64,000 bases of DNA from a virus. A program made the position numbers and the translations under genes. The notes under the pieces are model-generated. The model searched no databases, had not been told where the DNA came from, and saw only the letters and a list, made by a program, of their open reading frames with translations. Numbering within the stretch: position 1 is the first letter of the stretch; every line of letters begins with the position of its first letter. Shown in pieces: positions 28,792 through 36,900 of this stretch. The stretch covers positions 32,001 through 96,000 of the IMG/VR virus record IMGVR_UViG_3300037993_001242. One strand, 5' to 3'.

Positions 28792-28868
28792 TGGTGCGGC
28801 GAGCAGGCTTCGATCCTGCGACTTCCACGATGTCAACGTGGCGATCTACCGGGCTGATCTACCGCCGC
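28792..28868 (-). tRNA. tRNA-Val(GAC)
   Basis: Loop TTGACAT; T-loop ATCGAAG. Confidence 0.9.
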
Positions 28869-28872
28869 AAAA

Positions 28873-28948
28873 TGGAGCCAGCAGAGGGCTTCGATCCCCC
28901 GACATTCAGTTTACAGAACTGACGCTCTACCAACTGAGCTATGCTGGC
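28873..28948 (-). tRNA. tRNA-Thr(TGT), C33
   Basis: Stem TCAGT/ACTGA, loop TCTGTAA; acceptor GCC.../...GGC-T like the other two Thr tRNAs. Confidence 0.75.
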
Positions 28949-28954
28949 CTAAAT

Positions 28955-29030
28955 TGGTGCGTTGGGTGGGCAACGATCCCACAATCTTCCGGGTAAGGGC
29001 CGGGTGCTCTGCCAATTGAGCTACCAACGC
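28955..29030 (-). tRNA. tRNA-Lys(CTT), C33
   Basis: Loop CCCTTAC; T-loop ATCGTTG. Confidence 0.8.
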
Positions 29031-29035
29031 AAAAA

Positions 29036-29111
29036 TGGTCGCTGTGGGCGGGTACGATCCGCCGACCTTTTCCTTATGAGGGAACTGCGCTACCAACTGC
29101 GCCACACAGCG
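29036..29111 (-). tRNA. tRNA-Met(CAT), elongator
   Basis: Loop CTCATAA; C1-G72 paired; T-loop ATCGTAC. Confidence 0.8.
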
Positions 29112-29118
29112 TGAAAAA

Positions 29119-29685
29119 TCAATTTATAGCGCTAAAAGCTTCGCTTAACTGCTCTCCAAGTTCCGGCGTGATTCTGTTCGCCGGAACAAACGCCTGTACG
29201 GCATAGCGCCCATTAAAAACATGCGGGCCAACCGTTATAGAAAATTCAGCTTGCGGAAACCGAGTTTCCAGCGCGCTCATTCTGTGCCAAAGGTCTCGTT
29301 CAATTTCCTCCGTCGTCACGGGGCCTTCCCACGCGTCGCGGATGGCCTGTTCATCGTCGCTTCCCTCTGGATTAAGAAATTTTTCTTCAAAAAGAACACC
29401 ATACTGCCCGTCCATTATCCGCTGTACGATGAAATTGTTTTCCCAGCCACCAATACACCGCTGTAGACGCTGAATGATATTTTTTACTTTTCGGGATGCA
29501 CCGGGAATTTTCGGCACACCTTCGCCGGATTCCAAATCTTGACCCCAACGATCACTGAGATACTTAAATTCCTCGGCGCGCTTAATCTTGTCCCGCCAAC
29601 CGGGCAGCCGCATCACTTCCGCTTTGGCGGGCAGTTCATCCGGCCCAACCTCAAGCAGTCGATTCACTAACGCCTTTGCATTCAT
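29119..29685 (-). CDS. LLE-motif hypothetical protein
   Basis: MNAKALVNRLLEVGPDELP. Confidence 0.75.
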   Translation of the reverse strand: MNAKALVNRLLEVGPDELPAKAEVMRLPGWRDKIKRAEEFKYLSDRWGQDLESGEGVPKIPGASRKVKNIIQRLQRCIGGWENNFIVQRIMDGQYGVLFEEKFLNPEGSDDEQAIRDAWEGPVTTEEIERDLWHRMSALETRFPQAEFSITVGPHVFNGRYAVQAFVPANRITPELGEQLSEAFSAIN

Positions 29686-29689
29686 AACA

Positions 29690-29765
<76 letters not shown>

Positions 29766-29769
29766 AAAA

Positions 29770-29845
29770 TGGAGCGAACGACGGGAAACGATCCCGCAAC
29801 ATCCGCGTTGGAAGCGCGGTGCTCTGCCAATTGAGCTACGTTCGC
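29770..29845 (-). tRNA. tRNA-Gly(TCC)
   Basis: Loop CTTCCAA; T-loop ATCGTTT. Confidence 0.9.
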
Positions 29846-29857
29846 AAAAATTCAAGA

Positions 29858-30214
29858 TCATGGATGGCCTTCGTTGGCCTTTTTGGCGGCAGCTTCACGC
29901 TGCTGTTGTTCCACCCATTGCTCCCATTCTATAAAACTTGGGATATGACCAATGATTTGATCACCATTTCTCAGCATACCGTGACTAAAATCTTTGGTCA
30001 CCGTTTTATAACCAACGGACGGCGTGGGCTGGCCAGTGAGGCTCATATCCGCCGGATAATAACCTGTAAAGACACCGTCAGTGACTGAACCATCGGGATG
30101 CTGAATTTTGATCGGAATTTCAAGATGCTTAATGCGTCCATATTCCAACAGCAAATCCACGATGTTGCGCGCATTTTCTTGGATGCGGGCGTTTTTTTCA
30201 GCACTGTCACTCAT
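29858..30214 (-). CDS. LLE-motif hypothetical protein
   Basis: MSDSAEKNARIQENARNIVDLLLEYGRI; GTAATTA upstream. Confidence 0.7.
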   Translation of the reverse strand: MSDSAEKNARIQENARNIVDLLLEYGRIKHLEIPIKIQHPDGSVTDGVFTGYYPADMSLTGQPTPSVGYKTVTKDFSHGMLRNGDQIIGHIPSFIEWEQWVEQQQREAAAKKANEGHP

Positions 30215-30236
30215 TACTTTAATTACCAAAGCAAAT

Positions 30237-30312
30237 TGGAGACCAACCAGAGACTCGAACTCTGCTAAATCGGTTTTGCAGACCGTTCCGTTCACCCGCT
30301 CGGTCGTTGGCC
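30237..30312 (-). tRNA. tRNA-Cys(GCA)
   Basis: Loop CTGCAAA; canonical T-loop TTCGAGT. Confidence 0.9.
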
Positions 30313-30341
30313 GTTATTGGAGAAATTATGTTCTCCAATGT

Positions 30342-30738
30342 ATGAAATTGAAAGTAAAAATCTTAAAATTAAAAACGCAAAGGAATTTGCAACAAAGAGA
30401 TAGCGGAAAAACTCGGATGCAGTCCAACAACCATAACGTATCATTGCAACGAAGCTTATCGTAAACGGCACACTTTTAACAGGCAACGACGACGTTCTGA
30501 AATAAAAACCCAGATTGTAAATCAATTTGGTGGCAAGTGCAAAATTTGTGGTTACGACCGTTGCGTCGATGCCTTGGAGTTTCACCATACCAAAGATAAA
30601 GACTCGGTTATTTTACTAAAAGGAAGCGCGGGTTTATCAAGATTACCATTCAAAATCTTAATGGCTGAACTCAAAAAGTGTATACTTTTGTGCTGTCGCT
30701 GCCATCGTGAAGTCCATGCCGGTGTTGTTTCTATTTAA
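30342..30738 (+). pseudogene. HTH-HNH endonuclease with +1 frameshift
   Basis: MKLKVKILKLK, then a shift in the A5 run 30371-30375 to RKGICNKEIAEKLGCS...GGKCKICGYDRCVDALEFHH...CILLCCRCHREVH*; absent from the ORF track. Confidence 0.75.
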
Positions 30739-30740
30739 AT

Positions 30741-30815
30741 TGGGGTGACGTACGAGATTCGGACTCGTGCTTTTTGTTCCACAAACAAAGGTGCTACCAC
30801 TACACCAACGCCACC
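30741..30815 (-). tRNA. tRNA-His(GTG)
   Basis: Loop TTGTGGA; G-1:C73 encoded; T-loop TCCGAAT. Confidence 0.9.
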
Positions 30816-30825
30816 ATTAAAGAAC

Positions 30826-30901
30826 TGGAGCCTGTGGCCGGTGACGATCCGACAACCTGCGCATTACGAATGCGCCGCTCTGCCAATTGAGCTACACAGG
30901 C
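30826..30901 (-). tRNA. tRNA-Thr(CGT)
   Basis: Loop TTCGTAA; T-loop ATCGTCA. Confidence 0.9.
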
Positions 30902-30905
30902 AAAA

Positions 30906-30982
30906 TGGTAGGGGATGCAGCGTGACGTGCTGCGACCTCCTCGGTGTAGGCGAGGCGCTCTTGGCATCTGAGCTAATCCCCC
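30906..30982 (-). tRNA. tRNA-Val(TAC), highly atypical
   Basis: Loop CCTACAC (C33); T-loop ACGTCAC; D-loop lacks GG. Confidence 0.7.
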
Positions 30983-30989
30983 GTTAAAA

Positions 30990-31066
30990 TGGCGTTCCCG
31001 ACTGGACTTTAACCAGTGGCCTCCGCCTTCGCAGAGCGGCGCTCTATACAACTGAGCTACGGGAAC
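30990..31066 (-). tRNA. tRNA-Arg(GCG)
   Basis: Loop CTGCGAA; T-loop TTAAAGT. Confidence 0.85.
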
Positions 31067-31150
31067 AAAGTGGGCAAAAATCGTCGGAGGACATTGACAG
31101 AAACGCTTAATAGGCATTTGTTGATAACCCTCAGACAGCGGCCCACAAAA

Positions 31151-31227
31151 TGGTACTTCCGGCTGGAGTTTAACCAGTAACCTCTTCCTTCGGAGGGAAG
31201 CGCTCTATACAATTGAGCTACGGAAGC
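31151..31227 (-). tRNA. tRNA-Arg(CCG)
   Basis: Loop CTCCGAA; T-loop TTAAACT. Confidence 0.85.
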
Positions 31228-31234
31228 GTCAAAA

Positions 31235-31630
31235 TTAAAGTTCAAAATCCTTGGCAAATCGGATGCGCTTTGATTGATTATTTACAGTGGGATCAACGCG
31301 TAAATATGCAATACTGCTGCCGGGAACAGAATCAACAGGAACCAAATAACAGCAACCTGTGTCAGGACAGTAAACTCCAAAAAGTTCAGCTTGACCTTTG
31401 TAATCACGCCGACCTGTTTTCCAACTGAAACCGCTGGCAGTATTAAAAACTATTGAACCGTTCCTAAGCCGACCTGTTTTACACTGTATACGCTTAAAAA
31501 TACCACCTTCATCCAAGAGCAAATCGTAACGGCTACCTTCTCCAAACGGACGCAACACATTCTTCCCAAGCTCTGTTAGCCTAACAGCAATTTTTAGCTC
31601 GGACAAATTTCCTTTTTGGGCCGTATTCAC
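31235..31630 (-). mobile_element. PD-(D/E)XK endonuclease, group I intron-associated type
   Basis: KGNLSE, PFGEGSRYDLL, RIQCKTG; AT-richer; inserted between tRNAs. Confidence 0.85.
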
Positions 31631-31646
31631 GCAACAAAGAACAAAG

Positions 31647-31725
31647 TGGCAGCCCATACCGGTGTCGATCCGGTTTCTGCTGCTTGAGAAGCAGCCATCC
31701 TAAGCCAAACGTAGACGAATGGGCC
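31647..31725 (-). tRNA. tRNA-Glu(CTC)
   Basis: Loop TTCTCAA; T-loop ATCGACA. Confidence 0.85.
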
Positions 31726-31733
31726 AAATTAAA

Positions 31734-31797
31734 TACGGGCAAGGTGTCAGACTGGGATGGTTCATTTCAAGTGATAACCCAATCAATTCGGCCCGTA
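31734..31797 (-). ncRNA. Y RNA 3, short (64 nt)
   Basis: TACGGGCCGA-ATTGATTG-GGTTATC...CCTTGCCCGTA. Confidence 0.75.
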
Positions 31798-31800
31798 AAA

Positions 31801-32043
31801 TCATCGGCTGGTACCGAATATGACCGGCTGGCCGGTACCAAAGGGCGCACGTTCTTCGCTCGGCTGCGAAGCTTGTCCGGTCGGGCCAACCAGCACCGGC
31901 TGGCCCCATGGCTGGAACGTGCCGCGTAAAAACGGACTGCCAAAGCGTATACCAAGCTGCCGCCACGCATCGACCCAATCCGTGGCCGTGACCGACTGCG
32001 TGGCCTTGGTCTGGTAATTGTAAAACGTGAAGCTGTACAGCAC
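31801..32043 (-). CDS. Small hypothetical protein
   Basis: GTG start with GTAGTTA upstream; GQPV repeat. Confidence 0.5.
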   Translation of the reverse strand: MLYSFTFYNYQTKATQSVTATDWVDAWRQLGIRFGSPFLRGTFQPWGQPVLVGPTGQASQPSEERAPFGTGQPVIFGTSR

Positions 32044-32058
32044 GCCTTAACTACGAAA

Positions 32059-32137
32059 TGGCGGCCTGACGCTGGTTTTACTCCAGCGTGTTAGCCCGTC
32101 GCTCGTGCCCGTAAGCAGTTGCGTTGGGTTTCAGACC
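32059..32137 (-). other. tRNA-like element with intact acceptor/T-arm but scrambled D/anticodon region
   Basis: GGTCTGA/TCAGGCC-G-CCA, T-arm GCTGG-AGTAAAA-CCAGC; no anticodon hairpin found. Confidence 0.55.
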
Positions 32138-32141
32138 ATAA

Positions 32142-32218
32142 TGGTAGCCCGGATGGGTTTCGATCCCATGATCTCTGCCTTGAAGGGGCAGCGTGTTAGC
32201 CAGCTACACTACCGGGCC
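32142..32218 (-). tRNA. tRNA-Glu(TTC), C33, Asp-like body
   Basis: Loop CCTTCAA; T-loop ATCGAAA. Confidence 0.8.
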
Positions 32219-32224
32219 GTAAAA

Positions 32225-32301
32225 TGGTGCCAAGGGGTGGCTTCGATCCACCGACACAAAGATTTTCAGTCTTCTGCTCTACCGGGCTGAGCTACCTTGA
32301 C
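32225..32301 (-). tRNA. tRNA-Phe(GAA) copy 2
   Basis: Loop CTGAAAA; T-loop ATCGAAG. Confidence 0.9.
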
Positions 32302-32305
32302 AAAG

Positions 32306-32382
32306 TGGTCGTCACGGTTGGCTTCGATCCAACGGCCTGTCGGTTATCGACCGACTGCTCTACCGGGCTGAGCTACGTGACG
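32306..32382 (-). tRNA. tRNA-Ile(GAT), C33
   Basis: Loop TCGATAA; T-loop ATCGAAG. Confidence 0.85.
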
Positions 32383-32387
32383 AAATA

Positions 32388-32520
32388 TAACGGGCAAGGA
32401 TCGGCGTGGATGTTTTTAGCGCTCTACCGTTGAGCTATCCCGGCATTGGAGCCGGGAACAGGACTCGAACCTGTATCTCCTCATTAGCATTGAGATAACC
32501 CACAACACTTCGGCCCGTTA
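32388..32520 (-). ncRNA. Y RNA 4, YrlA-like with permuted tRNA module
   Basis: TAACGGGCCGAAGTGTTGTGGGTTATCTCAAT...T-arm ACAGGTTCGAGTCCTGT, TCCCGGC-TCCAAT-GCCGGGA, D-arm TAGCTCAACGGTAGAGC...CCTTGCCCGTTA. Confidence 0.85.
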
Positions 32521-32523
32521 AAA

Positions 32524-32611
32524 TGGCGGCGGGTAAAGGAATCCAACCTCTGCTGCTGTTACGCAGGCCACAGTTTTCGGAACTGGCACCTTAGCGCTCG
32601 GTCAACCCGCC
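32524..32611 (-). tRNA. tRNA-Ser(CGA), C33
   Basis: Loop TCCGAAA; long variable arm; T-loop TTGGATT. Confidence 0.85.
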
Positions 32612-32626
32612 AAAAATCAATTACGG

Positions 32627-32716
32627 TGGCGGAGGGGCAAGGATTTGAACCTTGGCACGTATTACCGTGGCCTCAACTTTCCAAGCTGGCACCTTACCGG
32701 ACTCGGTCAACCCTCC
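32627..32716 (-). tRNA. tRNA-Ser(GGA)
   Basis: Loop TTGGAAA; canonical T-loop TTCAAAT. Confidence 0.9.
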
Positions 32717-32718
32717 AC

Positions 32719-33072
32719 TCAGGCGATGATCGCGTACTGAAGCTCGTATCCGCGCTCTTTAACAAAATCATCAACTGCTTCCCGTTGCATGGGATTTAGT
32801 GCTTCCGTGTTAGCGTACATAACGCGCCGCTCCACCGTGGCACGCACCCAACCAAGCTGTTTCATGTGCGAATACACATTCATGACTTTAGGATTTTTGA
32901 TGACGTTCTCCTGTGCCCATTTTTGGTGGCCACCCACCTTGGTTATTTTGCCCTCTGGGCTGATCCAGTAATTGTCGGGCATAGGCTGCCACATGGTGCG
33001 CCCGTATACATCTTTACCGTAATCGATGCGCCCATATTCGAGCAGTGCGTCCACGACTTGTTTTGCGTCCAC
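32719..33072 (-). CDS. LLE-motif hypothetical protein
   Basis: GTG start VDAKQVVDALLEYGRI; GTAGTTA 4 nt upstream. Confidence 0.7.
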   Translation of the reverse strand: MDAKQVVDALLEYGRIDYGKDVYGRTMWQPMPDNYWISPEGKITKVGGHQKWAQENVIKNPKVMNVYSHMKQLGWVRATVERRVMYANTEALNPMQREAVDDFVKERGYELQYAIIA

Positions 33073-33087
33073 GTCGTAACTACAAAA

Positions 33088-33175
33088 TGGCGGAGGGTAC
33101 AGGGATTCAACCTGTGCCGGTTTTACCCGGTCGACGGTTTTCAAGACCGTAGCATTCGCGCTCTGCCAACCCTCC
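33088..33175 (-). tRNA. tRNA-Ser(TGA)
   Basis: Loop CTTGAAA; T-loop TTGAATC. Confidence 0.9.
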
Positions 33176-33176
33176 G

Positions 33177-33253
33177 TGGCGTCCCCGGCAGGAGTCCAAC
33201 CTGCGACACAGTCGTTTAGGAAACGACGGCTCTTGCAACTGAGCTACGGGGAC
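33177..33253 (-). tRNA. tRNA-Arg(CCT)
   Basis: Loop TTCCTAA; T-loop TTGGACT. Confidence 0.9.
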
Positions 33254-33257
33254 AAAA

Positions 33258-33875
33258 TCAAGTGACCAGATAACCACCACGCAGGAAACCGTGCCAGCCG
33301 CCACACACGATTGATCCGGCACCGGCGGCGCAGGTGTTCCCGTTCTTGTCTACGGTCAAATCTGGCGCAATGCCATGGCGCACCCAACATTCGTGCGGTT
33401 CCTTGGGCCGGGTGCAGTTGGAAGCCTGACTGTCAATCGACCACTCGCCGCCCGGCGTCCGGCAGACATAGTAATGCCCGTCCGAGCGTTTATAGCTGTC
33501 CGGCATCCACGCGGCGTCCCAGATAGCCCCCACGGGCGGCTGGCGCAGCGATGCAAGCTCCTGCGTGTCCGAACGCTGGTACAGCCGGTCGTAATTGACC
33601 TGCCATTCGTCACTTTCCAGAAACACATAGCCGCAGGCACATTGGCGGGGCCAGCGGAGATCATCGTGCGGAAACTGTTTCTCGTCATCGCCGCACGTCG
33701 GATGCTCGGCGTATTCAATCTTGGGATTGATTTCGGTGCTCACGTCGTGGTAGCCCTGTGGCAACGGGCATGGATTTTTGGGCGTATCCTCGCGCCAGTC
33801 CGACCGATACCGGCGCAGGGACAGGTTGTAAAAATTTGTGGGCGTCAGCAGAAAGCAACGGATCGGTTTACACAT
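33258..33875 (-). CDS. Cys/His/Trp-rich hypothetical protein
   Basis: CACG, CRTPGGEWSIDSQASNC...HECWVRHG...CGGWHGFL. Confidence 0.7.
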   Translation of the reverse strand: MCKPIRCFLLTPTNFYNLSLRRYRSDWREDTPKNPCPLPQGYHDVSTEINPKIEYAEHPTCGDDEKQFPHDDLRWPRQCACGYVFLESDEWQVNYDRLYQRSDTQELASLRQPPVGAIWDAAWMPDSYKRSDGHYYVCRTPGGEWSIDSQASNCTRPKEPHECWVRHGIAPDLTVDKNGNTCAAGAGSIVCGGWHGFLRGGYLVT

Positions 33876-33914
33876 GCCTTAAATACCGGCGATTATGACT
33901 GTATTTAGGTAGCT

Positions 33915-34373
33915 ATGATGCCTGAAAGTCGTTCGATTGCGCTTCAGCTTGCGCAGCGGTTCGTCGAATACAAGGACAGGATCGAGGAGGTTGCCGCGCA
34001 GGTGCGCCGCCACAAACGAATCCTCGATCTTTGCCCGGTGCCGATGTTTTTGACGGATGAACACGGGAAATGCGTCTACGTCAATCCCGCCAAACTCAAA
34101 CTCGTCGGGGGCACCCTTGGCGAAATGCAGTACGACGGTTGGCAGCACTTTGTTTACCCGGAAGACCTGCCCCACTTGCTGAACGCGTGGACTCAATTCG
34201 TTTTAGACCACAACCAGCACACTTTTTCGTATACGTACCGGTATCAGCGCGCTGATGGCTCGGTGCTGGAAGTTGTGACCGAAGCCAGAATGCTGGACGA
34301 CCACAGCATTGTCGGTTTTGTGCTGCCCGTGAAATGCAGCGGCTGTTTCGATTTTTTCACTGTACACGGATAA
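33915..34373 (+). CDS. Stand-alone PAS-domain protein
   Basis: MFLTDEHGKCVYVNPA...GWQHFVYPEDL...YRYQRADGS. Confidence 0.85.
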   Translation: MMPESRSIALQLAQRFVEYKDRIEEVAAQVRRHKRILDLCPVPMFLTDEHGKCVYVNPAKLKLVGGTLGEMQYDGWQHFVYPEDLPHLLNAWTQFVLDHNQHTFSYTYRYQRADGSVLEVVTEARMLDDHSIVGFVLPVKCSGCFDFFTVHG

Positions 34374-34447
34374 TGCCTTTTTCATTTGGTGTATTTACTC
34401 CACAAGGTGTTTTTCCTTGAAGTTAAAATACGCAAAATCCATATAAA

Positions 34448-34903
34448 ATGAACAACATAATCAAAGCAACAACTGTCGGTTTGATCTGCACTGCGTCGCT
34501 GCTGGTCTGTCCGCTGTCCACGAAGGCGCAGTTCGTAACCAATCTCGTCACCTTCAGCAATGTGGTCATTCGGTCATCATCAGATGTCACCGGCCCTTAC
34601 ACTAATTTGTTTACGTTGCCGGATGTTACCCTTGAGTACCGGTATCACGTGGGATCGCTTCAACCGTTTTTTTATCATTTTAAGCTGAGCACGCCGGTCA
34701 TTGATGCTGATCTGTTTGAAACCAGCTTGACGCTCCAATATGCCTTCAATGCGGGCGGCCCTTACGATGACATTTATACTTATCCAACCATTGCTGTTAC
34801 CAATCCGGCAGGAAACGCCTTTTTCCGTTCTGCTTTCGATTTGACCGACACTAATTTTGTGTTCGTTGACCCTTACACCGTTCAGTTTGTACCGCCGCCA
34901 TAA
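34448..34903 (+). CDS. Secreted protein
   Basis: Signal peptide ending AKA/Q-like; SSSDVTGPYTNL and NAFFRS motifs. Confidence 0.7.
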   Translation: MNNIIKATTVGLICTASLLVCPLSTKAQFVTNLVTFSNVVIRSSSDVTGPYTNLFTLPDVTLEYRYHVGSLQPFFYHFKLSTPVIDADLFETSLTLQYAFNAGGPYDDIYTYPTIAVTNPAGNAFFRSAFDLTDTNFVFVDPYTVQFVPPP

Positions 34904-34906
34904 AAT

Positions 34907-34983
34907 TGGCACTCCCGGCAGGATTCCAACCTGCGACCTTGAATTTAGAAAATTCCTGCTCTATGCAACTGAGCTACGGGAGC
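34907..34983 (-). tRNA. tRNA-Arg(TCT)
   Basis: Loop TTTCTAA; T-loop TTGGAAT. Confidence 0.9.
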
Positions 34984-34987
34984 AAAA

Positions 34988-35015
34988 ACGCGCAGCCGAA
35001 TCAACGGCTGCGCGT
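34988..35015. terminator. Bidirectional terminator
   Basis: ACGCGCAGCCG-aatcaa-CGGCTGCGCGT flanked by A runs. Confidence 0.65.
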
Positions 35016-35035
35016 AAAATAGGCACAGCAACGAG

Positions 35036-35923
35036 TCAAGGTGAAGCTAACCTGTAAAATTTATGTGGTACTGACGGGGAAGCAGGAATAATGACTCCTG
35101 ATGCCGAAGTCATCGTCGTCGCGTAACCATCACTATTAGTCACTGTATATCCACATGAGCCATTGGTCACGATTGGAATCCCTTGTGAATCATACACGAC
35201 GTAAACGATATTAGCCAATTTAGACGCACTATAGCCAAAATACGTACCCCAATCAGAAACTGGTTGGGATACCCAGTTGGGAATAGACGTATAGCTTACC
35301 CAACCGGTGGCCGAATAAATTTCCTGACTCCATTGTACCAAATCAGTGGTGGACTCAAGATGTGCCGTGGTCATGGGATTGCCCTGTGTATCAAGGATTC
35401 CGGCCCGTGGAACAAAATTGGTAAAAGTGGTGCTGAATGACCAAATGTAAATGTTCGTCTGCCAGTCAGTCCATCCATTGTCAATGGCGCTCCAATAGTA
35501 AACAGTAGAATTGTTGGTCGCTATCAGGGCTTGACTGCTGTTGGTCTGGCCACTATTCTCCGCTGCCGGTTGCATTATAGCCTGCTGTTTAAGCAGGGGA
35601 GGGAAAAACGGCGGCATTGGAGGGAAAAACGGCGGTGGTGGAGGCGCTGGAGTCGGGGGCGGCTGCGCCGGAGTCGGTGCCGGAGTCGCTGGCGCAGACG
35701 GAAGACAACTGTTCAACCACATTACAAGGACTACGCCGCCTGCCGTTACAATCACTATCATAATTGCACCACATATTTGCACCGTTTGGTTGGGCTGTAC
35801 GGGGTTAGCCGCAAGCTGTTTGTTGGTATTCTCAGCATACACAGGCAGTATAAGCAGGATGACCATGAGGCTGACTGCGATCAAACGACACATTATTGAT
35901 TGAGTGAATTTTGATGTTTTCAT
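35036..35923 (-). CDS. Membrane/secreted protein with Pro-rich linker
   Basis: Two hydrophobic segments, PPPPPP linker, LESTTDLVQWS, C-terminal KFYRLASP. Confidence 0.7.
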   Translation of the reverse strand: MKTSKFTQSIMCRLIAVSLMVILLILPVYAENTNKQLAANPVQPNQTVQICGAIMIVIVTAGGVVLVMWLNSCLPSAPATPAPTPAQPPPTPAPPPPPFFPPMPPFFPPLLKQQAIMQPAAENSGQTNSSQALIATNNSTVYYWSAIDNGWTDWQTNIYIWSFSTTFTNFVPRAGILDTQGNPMTTAHLESTTDLVQWSQEIYSATGWVSYTSIPNWVSQPVSDWGTYFGYSASKLANIVYVVYDSQGIPIVTNGSCGYTVTNSDGYATTMTSASGVIIPASPSVPHKFYRLASP

Positions 35924-35927
35924 AGAC

Positions 35928-36173
35928 TTACTTTTTGAGCAATGCTGCGAGCGCCATCAAGAAACAGCCTGCATTCACACAGTGAAGACCAATCTGACCG
36001 ACTTTGGGTGAAACCCACGGGGAGACAAAAAACCCCACTATTAGAATGTAAGCAATCCAGCAGGCAGTAAATATGACAAGCCGATTTTGGTGCTCCTTAC
36101 ACCAATTTCCGTAAGCTTGCCATCCGCGTTGGAGCGGCGCACGCACCGACCTGATTAGTTTTTCAGGTTTCAT
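35928..36173 (-). CDS. Small membrane protein
   Basis: Two hydrophobic helices; sigma70-like promoter upstream. Confidence 0.55.
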   Translation of the reverse strand: MKPEKLIRSVRAPLQRGWQAYGNWCKEHQNRLVIFTACWIAYILIVGFFVSPWVSPKVGQIGLHCVNAGCFLMALAALLKK

Positions 36174-36266
36174 ACCCAAACTGTATGCGTCCAACAGGCG
36201 ATTGTCAACAGGAAATTACAAGACTGTAAGCATACGGTGTAAACGATTTGTATACAATAAGTTAAA

Positions 36267-36342
36267 TGGCTCCAGAGGCTGGGCACGATCCAGCAACATC
36301 CCGGTTAACAGCCGGGTACTCTACCAATTGAGCTACTCTGGA
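36267..36342 (-). tRNA. tRNA-Asn(GTT)
   Basis: Loop CTGTTAA; T-loop ATCGTGC. Confidence 0.9.
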
Positions 36343-36445
36343 ATAAAAAGCTTTTCAGCGACGGCAGTGCCTATGCCTGCGGCCCTGTAGGGGCGGCTTT
36401 GCACACAGTAGGCTTGCCGTGTGCAATCTTTACGCCGCTGAAAAA

Positions 36446-36518
36446 TGGTCGCGCCGGACGGAGTTGAACACGTCATCTCGCACTTCCGGGTGCCGCTCTA
36501 ACATTAAGCTACGGCGCG
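36446..36518 (-). tRNA. Degenerate Pro-like tRNA with 6-nt anticodon loop
   Basis: CGCGCCG/CGGCGCG-A-CCA acceptor; GCAC-CCGGAA-GTGC; bulged T-stem. Confidence 0.55.
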
Positions 36519-36526
36519 TTTTAAAA

Positions 36527-36602
36527 TGGTCGGGACAACCGGGCACGATCCGGCAACCTCTCGGCCCCAAACCGAGCGCTCTACCAATTGAGCTATGCCC
36601 CG
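36527..36602 (-). tRNA. tRNA-Pro(TGG)
   Basis: Loop TTTGGGG; T-loop ATCGTGC. Confidence 0.9.
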
Positions 36603-36796
36603 TCAGCAATGTAAAAATTGTTTTCTTCTCGCGGACATTCCTCATTCAAAAGAACCAAGCATCGCCGTATGCTTACATCGGACGTTCCATAACTTTCCGT
36701 GCAATGATCGCAGCGAGAACACGTCACAATAACGCTTGGTACCGGCCCGTGATCACCGTCCAATTCTGTTTCTTCAACAGTACATTCAACACGCAT
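36593..36796 (-). CDS. Small Cys-rich hypothetical protein
   Basis: VTCSRCDH...IRRCL...ECPREENNFY. Confidence 0.55.
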   Translation of the reverse strand: MRVECTVEETELDGDHGPVPSVIVTCSRCDHCTESYGTSDVSIRRCLVLLNEECPREENNFYIADGA

Positions 36797-36814
36797 ACAG
36801 CGTAGAACTGAAAA

Positions 36815-36891
36815 TGGTCTGGGTGACAGGCTTCGATCCTGCAACCTCGTGTACCCGAAACACGCGCTCTACCAGATTGAGCTACACCCAG
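36815..36891 (-). tRNA. tRNA-Pro(CGG)
   Basis: Loop TTCGGGT; T-loop ATCGAAG. Confidence 0.9.
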
Positions 36892-36900
36892 TTGAAATGG

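Noticed and set aside
28873-28948. Tyr(GTA) call from the CTGTAAA string
   Set aside because: Stem register gives loop TCTGTAA (TGT), there is no long variable arm, the acceptor matches the Thr tRNAs, and a real Tyr exists at 38232.
31801-31930. Apparent structured ncRNA with GGCCAGCCGGT repeats
   Set aside because: The repeats are explained by a GQPV peptide repeat in ORF 31801-32043, which has the GTAGTTA start motif; more likely coding.
32627-32650. GGGCAAGG match to the Y-RNA 3' motif
   Set aside because: It is the T-stem/acceptor of tRNA-Ser(GGA); no GGGCCGA/GGTTATC partner.
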